From an uncultured Methanobrevibacter sp. (GTDB lineage: Archaea > Methanobacteriota > Methanobacteria > Methanobacteriales > Methanobacteriaceae), in NCBI RefSeq assembly GCF_937906425.1, contig NZ_CALCYR010000174.1:1-36315 (forward strand): 36,315 nucleotides of DNA, written 5' to 3'. A program made the position numbers and the translations under genes. Below, piece by piece: positions 15,401-24,400 of this stretch. The notes under the pieces are model-generated. The model searched no databases and was not told where the DNA came from. It saw only the letters and a program-made list of their open reading frames with translations. Every line of letters begins with the position of its first letter. Position 1 is the stretch's first letter.

Positions 15401-18400
15401 TCTTGACTTCGTTTTTCTTCAATCCGCCTTCTGTTGCACTGACTACATATAAACCTTGATTAGTTTCCAAAAGGGTTCCATAGTTCATTTTGCCCACATA
15501 AGTTGAATCAACATAAGTATGGCCTCCATTGATTACATCAAACTTAAATGAATTTGGAACAACAATTGTATTGTTATTGTCATCCTTAATGGATGCATTC
15601 AATACAACGCTTTCACCTTGCATTACAGTTACTGAACTGTTGTCCAATACAACTGTGTAGGTTTGTGTTTCAATGCTTCCAAGATTTATTATGACATTAT
15701 CAAATGTATTTTTATCTAACCATAAGCTACCTTCATTGTATACAGTGTAATCACCGGTTTCAGTTTCAGTAGCATTGTTTCTTGTAAGGTAAACACTGGT
15801 ATCAGGACTGATTACAATAGGATTCTTAGCGCTTAAGTTAGAGTCAACTAAACTTGAGTTACCTCCGTCAAAGAGGATTGCAGTTGCATTATCGTTTAGG
15901 GAACTTAAGTTCTTAAGTTCAGCATTAGTAATTGTAATGTTGCCATTTGCATAGATTGCACCAGCTCTACCATAATTTACATTGGATCTATCAATTATTA
16001 TATTATCCACATTAGCGCTGCTTTCATTAAGGAGGATTGCACCAGCCAAGAGGTTTGCGCTTGAATTTGAAATATTGGTATTGTTGATTGTAATATTTGA
16101 GGAATTTGTCCAAGTGATTGAACCTCCATATCTGTCTGAAAGACTGTCACTAATGTTTATATTATCCATTATTGTGTTATTTGCATTGTTTGCAGCAATT
16201 GAACCACCGGAAACAATTGCAGAGTTCTTAGTGAAGTTTGAATCTGTGATGTTTAATCCATTTGAATTATCGAGATAGATTGCACCACCATCACCATAGG
16301 AATTACCTTGAACATATGCACCAACAGTATTTGATGTGAAGCTTGAATTTACAATGCTACCATTGGTATTGTTTTCAATCATGATTGCTCCACCATATTC
16401 AAGAGCTATGTTTGATTCGAAAGTGGAATTTGCAATAATACCCTTAGCACCATCTCTCCAGTGGATAGCTCCACCATTGCTTGCAGTGTTAGTCTTGAAT
16501 GTGGTATTTGTGATTGTATCATTTTCAGTACCCAACCATACAATAGCTCCACCGTTTACGCCAGCAGAGTTATCAGTGAATGTTACATTATAGATTAAAC
16601 TTGACTCACCAGCAAGTCCAATAGCACCACCATCTTCTGTTGCACTGTTATTTGTAAAGTTGGAATTGGATATTGTTCCATTTTTACCTACCCAGTGAAG
16701 TGCACCATCATCTCTTGCAGTGTTGTTTTCAAATATGGAAAGATCTACCTTGAAATCATCACCATCACTTACATATATTGCACCACCATGGTCTGCACTG
16801 TTGTATGTGAAATTGGAATTCAGGATTTCCACATCATCAATTCCTTCAGCAAATATTGCACCACCATTTTCACTGGCTGAGTTGTGGTCAAAGACAATTC
16901 CATTAATAATAGCATTATCTGCACGTTCACCTACATAGATTGCACCACCGCTCTTAGCATGGTTATAATCAAATCTGGAATTGTTCAATTCACCAACACT
17001 TGCATTCCAATATATAGCACCACCTAATTCTGCAGCAGTGTTGTTTGTAAAGTTTGAATTAATAATAGCTGTACCAGTATCGTTTACTGCAATAGCACCA
17101 CCGGAATATAAAGCGCTGTTGTTTTCAAAGGTGTCATTTTCAATTCTTGCACCGTTTCCTGTCAATAGAATAGCTCCGGCATAACCTCCTTGACGGGTTT
17201 CAATACCTAAATCCATAGCCTTATTGTTTGTAAAGCTACAGTTTATAAGGGAGTCGTTTTCACCATTGAAGAATACTGCACCACCTGCACGCTTAGCGAC
17301 ATTATTGTCAAAAGTACAGTTGAAGTAAGTAGTGTTGTTTCCTAAAACAACTGTAGCTCCTCCTCTACCAGCACCTTCTCCTCTTGTACCTAAAGCAGTG
17401 TTATTGATAAAGCTAGTGTTTGTAATGTTTCCGTTGCTTCCTTGGAATCCTACTGCACCAGCATTTCCACTGGCTGTGTTGTTGATGAAATTGGAATCAT
17501 GGATTTCACCATACATTGATCCTTGAGCGAAACAGATAGCACCAGCATTGAATCCTGCAATATTGTTTGTAAAGTTGGAAGAGAGGACCTTACCATAGTA
17601 ACTTCCTTCGAAACAGATTGCACTTGCATTGTTTCCAGCATAGTTAGAATCGAAACTTGAGTCTTTGACTGTGGTATAGTTACCTTCTACAAATGCAGCT
17701 CCACCTCTGGCTTGACTTTCTCCATTATCAAGAACACCTAAAGCAGAGTTGTTTATGAATGTGGAAGATTCGATTGTACCGTTTAAACCATTCCAGAAGA
17801 TTCCTCCACCATTTCCGTCTTTAGCTGTGTTGTTAATAAATGTGGAATTAGCAACTAAACCATTATGAGCACCTTCATACCAATCAATAGCACCACCATT
17901 TGTACCGGCAGTGTTATTTGTGAAATTACAGTTGTTTACTGTAGTGTTTAAACATTCTCCGTCCTCGGTAGCCTTTTGAACATATATAGCTCCACCACGA
18001 CGAACAGCATCGTTGAATGAGAAAGTTGAATTTTCAACCAAACCGTAGGAACCGGTCCAAATGACAGCACCACCGTCACCACCGTCTTCAATGGTTCCAT
18101 TGACTAAACCATGAGCGTCATTGTTGTTGAAAGTGGAGTTAATGATTGAACCGTATTCACCATTCCAGTAGATAGCACCACCGCTGCGGTTAGCTGTGTT
18201 GTTTTCAAATACAGAATTAGATACAGAACCGTTAACAGCACCTTCATACCAATCAATAGCACCACCATTGGTACCGGCAGTGTTATTTATAAAGGTACAG
18301 TTGTTTACAGCAGTATCATTACATACTTCTTCATTTGTAGCCTTTTGAAGATATATAGCTCCACCACGACGAGCAGCATCGTTGAATGAAAATGTTGAAT

Positions 18401-21400
18401 ATTCAATTATACCATAGGAACCGGTCCAGATAACAGCACCACCGTCACCACCGTCTACAATGGTTCCATTGACTAAACCATGAGCATCATTGTTTGTAAA
18501 TGTAGTATTTGAAATGGTACCGTTTAAACCGTTCCAGTAAACAGCTCCACCACTGCGGTTAGCTGTATTGTTTTCAAATGTTGAGTTTGCAAGGACACCA
18601 TAGTGAGCACCTTCGAACCAGTCGATTGCTCCTCCATTGGTACCTGCTGTGTTGTTTGTAAAGGTACAGTTGTTTACAGTAGTGTTTAAACATTCTGTGG
18701 CATCATTAGCCTTTTGAAGATATATAGCTCCACCACGACGAACAGCATCGTTGAGGGAGAAAGTTGAATTTTCAATTAAACCGTAGGAACCGGTCCAAAT
18801 GACAGCACCACCGTCACCGCCTTTATCCCTATCTGTTTCGTTAACTAAACCAAAAGCGTCATTGTTTATAAATTCAGAGTTTGCAATTGTACCGTTTTCA
18901 CCATTCCAGTAGATAGCTCCACCACTGCGGTTAGCATAGTTGTCAATAAAGCTGGAATTAGCAACTAAACCATTATGAGCACCTTCATACCAGTCAATAG
19001 CACCACCATTGGTACCTGCTGTGTTGAAGATAAAGCTTGAATTGATTACAGAAGTGTTTTCACAAGCACTTTCATCACTAAGCTTTTGCAGATAGATAGC
19101 TCCACCACGGTGAACAGCGTCATTGTCATTAAATGTACAGAACTCGATAGTACCTTCAGAACCGGTCCAGATGACAGCACCACCGTCACCACCGAAACCT
19201 ATGGATCCTATTTCAACCTCACCTAAAGCTGTGTTGTTTATGAAGTCAGTGTGTGAGATTGTACCGTTATGACCTGTCCAGTAGATAGCACCACCGCTTC
19301 TGGTAGCATTGTTGTTTTCAAAGTATGAATTATTTACAAGACCGTCTCCTGCTCCTTCATACCAGTAGATAGCTCCACCATCGGATCCTGCAATGTTATC
19401 CATGAATGTAAGATTATTAAAGCTTGCATTTGTAGAGTTTCTAAGGAAGAGTGCTCCTCCACGACCACCGGATTTAAGAGTAGCATTATAAATAGCCTTG
19501 TTGTTTATGAAAATGGAATCGGTAAGGTTTGCAGTGTCTCCATGCCATACAATAGCACCACCATCACCACCGATCTTTTCTTCAAACTGGTCTATACGGA
19601 CTTCACCTGTTGCAGTGTTATTGGTAAAGTTGGACAAATGAATAGTACCGTTATGACCTACCCAGTAGACTGCACCTGCACTGCGCTTAGCAGTGTTGTT
19701 TATGAAAAGGGAATTATCAATAGTACCGTTTTCAGCTCCGTCAAAGAACTCAACTGCTCCACCAAGGTTACCTGCAGAGTTGTTGATAAATACATCATCA
19801 GCCAATACACAGTTTTTAGCCTCTCTCAAGAATACAGCTCCACCACGACCACCAGTGGAATTGTTTCCGTAACCTAATGTGTCATTGAATACAGCCTCAT
19901 TAAATGTGAATGTACAGTTGGTAATATTACCTGCAGTACCTCTCCAAAGAATAGCACCACCGTCACCACCTGTATATTCATTATATACAGAGTATTGTAT
20001 AAGGTTTAAAGCCTTGTTATAGCTGAATGTGGAATTGTATACAGTACCGTTTTCACCAGCCCAGTGAATAGCTCCACCACTACGGTTAGCAGTGTTATTG
20101 AGGAAGTTGGAATCACCGATTGTACCATTGTCTGCACCAGCAAACCAGTAGATAGCACCACCGTCAGCACCAGCAAAGTTATCGGTAAAGTTAGAACCTA
20201 TGAAGTGAGAATTGGAACTGTTTCTAATGAATACAGCACCACCACGACCACCAGTATCATTAAACTGATTACCGGAATAGTCAGAAATAGCGGTGTTGTT
20301 GATAAAGTTACAGTTAGTAATGTTAGCTACATTACCGTGCCATGCAATAGCACCACCATTACCACCGGAAATGTTTCCTTCTTCACTGGTAAACATTAAG
20401 ATACGTACAGCACCTACAGCAGTGTTATTGATAAACTGGGAATTAGCTACAGTACCGTTGGTACCTAACCAGTAGATAGCACCACCTGAACAGTTAGCAG
20501 TGTTGTTTATGAATACAGAATTGTTAAGGAAACCGTCTTTAGCTCCTTCATAGAACTCAATAGCACCACCAAGGTTACCTGCAGTGTTGTTTATGAATAC
20601 ATTATCTGACAAGGTACAATCAATAGCCTGTCTCAGGAATATAGCACCACCACGACCACCTGTATTGTTGCTTGCACAAGTGCTGTTATATATAGCTTCG
20701 TTGAATTCAAATGTACAGTTTGTAATGCTTCCTCCAGTATCTCTCCAGAGAAGAGCACCACCGTCACCACCGGTAAGCTCTTCATAAACTTGATATTGAA
20801 CAATGTTTAAAGCCTTGTTATATCTGAATGTGGAATTGGAAATAACTCCATCTGCACCAGCCCAGTGAATAGCTCCACCACTACGGTTAGCAGTGTTGTT
20901 TTCAAAGTATGAATTATTCAAGGCACCATTGTTAGCACCATCAAACCAGTAGATCGCACCACCGTCAGCACCGGCAGTGTTGTTGATAAAGTTGGAACCT
21001 ATGAACTCGGAATCGGAACTGTTTCTAATGAATACAGCACCACCACGACCACCAGTATCATTAAATCTATTCATTACACTCTCTGAATAGTCAGCAATAG
21101 CTGTGTTTAAGGTAAAGTTACAGTTAGTGATTGTCGCATCATTACCGTGCCATGCAATAGCACCACCATTACCACCTGAAATGTTTCCATCTTCGGTTTC
21201 AAACATTAAGATACGTAATGAACCTACAGCAGTGTTGTTGAGGAAGTTGGAATTGGATACAGTACCGTTGGTACCTAACCAGTAGATAGCACCACCTGAA
21301 CAGTTAGCAGTGTTGTTTATAAATTCAGAACGATCCAAGACAACATTCTTAGCTCCTTCATAGAACTCAATAGCACCACCAAGATTGCCTGCAGTGTTAT

Positions 21401-24400
21401 TATAAAATTTATTATCGGTTAAGGTACAGTTTTCAGCCATTCTTAAGAATACAGCACCACCACGACCACCAGTTGAAGGGTCTAGAGCGTTTTCATTATA
21501 TACAGCAGTGTTTGAAATGAATGTACAGTTTGTAATGTTACCTCCAGTATCTCTCCAGAGAACAGCACCACCGTCACCACCGCTTACCTCATCATAAACT
21601 TGATATTGAACACGGTTTAAAGCGGAGTTGTTTATGAATACTGTATTGGAAATAACACCATCTGCACCAGCCCAATGGATAGCTCCACCACTACGGTTAG
21701 CACTGTTATTTATAAACTTGGAATCTGATACAACACCAAAGTCAGCACCATCATACCAATAGATAGCACCACCGCCAGCTCCGGCAGTGTTGTTTATAAA
21801 GTTGGAAGATAAGAAACTGGAATTGGAACTGTTTCTAATGAATACAGCACCACCACGACCACCTTTATCATCAAATCCTGAATTTGCATTATATACAGCA
21901 GTGTTGAATGTAAAGTTACACTTAGTGATGGTTGCATTATCACCGTGCCATGCAATAGCACCACCGTTACCACCGGTAATGTTATTTGCCTCGAATGTAT
22001 TTGTGTGAACCTTACCGCTTGCAGTGTTGTTTTCAAATACTGAATTTGATACTGTACCATGCATTCCTAACCAGTACATTGCTCCTCCGGAACTTCCAGC
22101 TGTGTTGTTTATGAATGTTGCATTGTTCACAATACCATATCTTGCACCGGTATAGAACTCGACAGCTCCTCCAAGGTTGCCTGCAGTGTTGTCGATGAAG
22201 ATGTCATCCTCAAGGACGCAATAGAAAGCCTCTCTCAGGAAGACCGCTCCTCCACGACCGCCTGTATTGTTGCTTGCGCAAGTGCTGTTGTGGACAGCCT
22301 CGTTTGAAATGAAGGTACAGTTTGTAATGTTTCCGCGAGTACCTCTCCAGAGGATAGCACCACCGTCACCACCGGTTTCTTCTACATATACTACATATTG
22401 AACAAGGTTTTTTGCAGTGTTGTTTATGAATGTTGAATTGTAGACTGTACCGTTTTCACCAGCCCAGTGAATAGCTCCTCCGCTACGGCCAGCTGTGTTG
22501 TTTTCAAACCATGAATTTTGGATGGTACCGTTGTTGGCATCACCATACCAGTAGATCGCACCTGCATCACCTTCAGCAGTGTTGTTGATAAAGTTGGAAG
22601 TACATATTTGGGTATTGGAACTGTTTAAGAGAATGATTGCTCCTCCACGTCCGCTGTTATCAAATGTTGCATTGCGGACTGCAGTGTTGTTTGTAAAGTT
22701 ACAGTTGGTGATTGTTGCATAGTCTCCAATCCATCCTATAGCACCACCGTCACCACCGGACTTGTCACCGTCAATAAGATTGGAAACTTGACCTAGAGCC
22801 CTGTTGTTTTTAAAGATTGTGTTTGAAATTGTAAGATAATCCTCTTCACCATAGATAGCTCCAGCTGAACCGTATGAAGTGTGGTTTTCAAATACACAAT
22901 CCTCTATTATCAAGTTTGCACCTTCACAGTAGATTGCTCCTCCAAGGTTGTCTTCGTTGAATCCATCTGATCTGTGTGTGTAGTTTGTTACACCGTTTAC
23001 AAAAGTAATGTTTCTCAATACAACATTGTCTGCAGTAATATTGAATATTCTTGAAAAGTGCAATGCGTCAAGAGTGAAACCGTTACCGTTAATGATAAGT
23101 GTGGCGTTTATGTACATCTGACCGTCGTCATTGTAATAATCATCCTGAGTGCTGTCATATGTGTATGTGTATGAACGTGTCAGGTTAAGTTCAGTACGTC
23201 CACGGGAAATTGCAGCATCAATTAAACCTTGAAGAACTGTAAAGTTTCCTCTTGGATCAAATACTTCAAATGTTGTGTTGAACTGTTTGTAGAGGTATCG
23301 ATCTTCAGAGAATCCGAATATTACAGTGAAATTTCCTTCCCTCTCGCTTGCAAGGATAAATGAAATGACGCCGTCTACAAAATCATTGTCTCCAGTAGGA
23401 ACTGAATCGGTAGGATATGTGTAAGTACGGTATTCATCTGTGAAGTTGTATTTGTATGTAACCTTACCGTTTCTACTTTTTGTAGCATCAGAAGGAGCAT
23501 ATACAGTAATTGTACCTGTGAAACCCTTGATAGCAAGTTCCCAATCGATGTCGTAATCGTCATTGTCAAGGAAATAGGATTCTACAATAAATTCTCTGTC
23601 ACCGAGTTTACCTGTAACCTTCTCTGTGGAATTTCTTTCAATACCGTCTCCCTTGAACAAGTCATAATCAACATATGCGGTAGTGGTATCTATTAGAACA
23701 TAAGCTCCACCACCATTGTAGGAAGCAATATTTTCTTTGAATGTTGAATTGGCAATCTGGGTAACTCTTCCATCGTTGAGGTAGGCTCCTCCACCATTTT
23801 GAGCTGTGTTGTTTTCAAGGGTACAGTTTGTAATTGTGTTTGAATTGTCTGCACCTCTGCCGCTGTCATAGATAGCACCACCATTTGTACCTGCACTGTT
23901 GTTTAGGAAATTACAGTTTTTGACATTTTGCTGGTTTGAGTCAAGGTACAATGCACCTCCAACACCTGATTTTGCACTGTTGTTAGTGAAGTTACAGTTG
24001 TCTACGATACCGTTGTCACTGTTAAACCATACTGCACCTGCGGAAACAGTAGCTGTGTTGTTTGTGAAAACAGTGTTTGTGAGATTTGCCTTAGCCGCAT
24101 TGTAAAGGTCAATTGCACCTCCGTTGTTTGCGCTGTTGTTTATATAGTTTTGCTTGTCTATGATTATGCCTTCACCGCCATACCAGTACAGACCTCCTCC
24201 ATACCCGGCTGAGTTGGCTGTGAAGTTCATGTTTGTGAGGTTTATGTTTGAAGCGGTTCCAGATATTGCACCTCCGCTGCCGTATGCAGAATTGTTTGTA
24301 AATAATAAATTATAGAATTTGGAAAAGTCATTAGATGAACCTGAACCGATTGACAATGCTCCACCGTCTCCTGTAGTAGCCTTGTTATCTGTAAAGTTTA

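Larger units (their letters stand above)
15650..23250 (-). other. Beta-helix module 2, ~2,500 aa, built from internal super-repeats
   Basis: A second cap (GNFTVLQGLIDAAIS...LIINGNGFTLDALHFSRIFNITADNVVLRNITFVNG) is followed by dozens of coils: GGRGGAVF, GGDGGAIL/VIW, NRSGGAIH/YW, GNLGGAIEFY, RRGGAIY. Boundaries are approximate. Confidence 0.8.

Noticed and set aside
17800..22850. Possible diversity-generating retroelement template/variable repeat pair
   Set aside because: The repeats are in-frame coding units, the differences are not obviously adenine-specific, and no reverse transcriptase is present.
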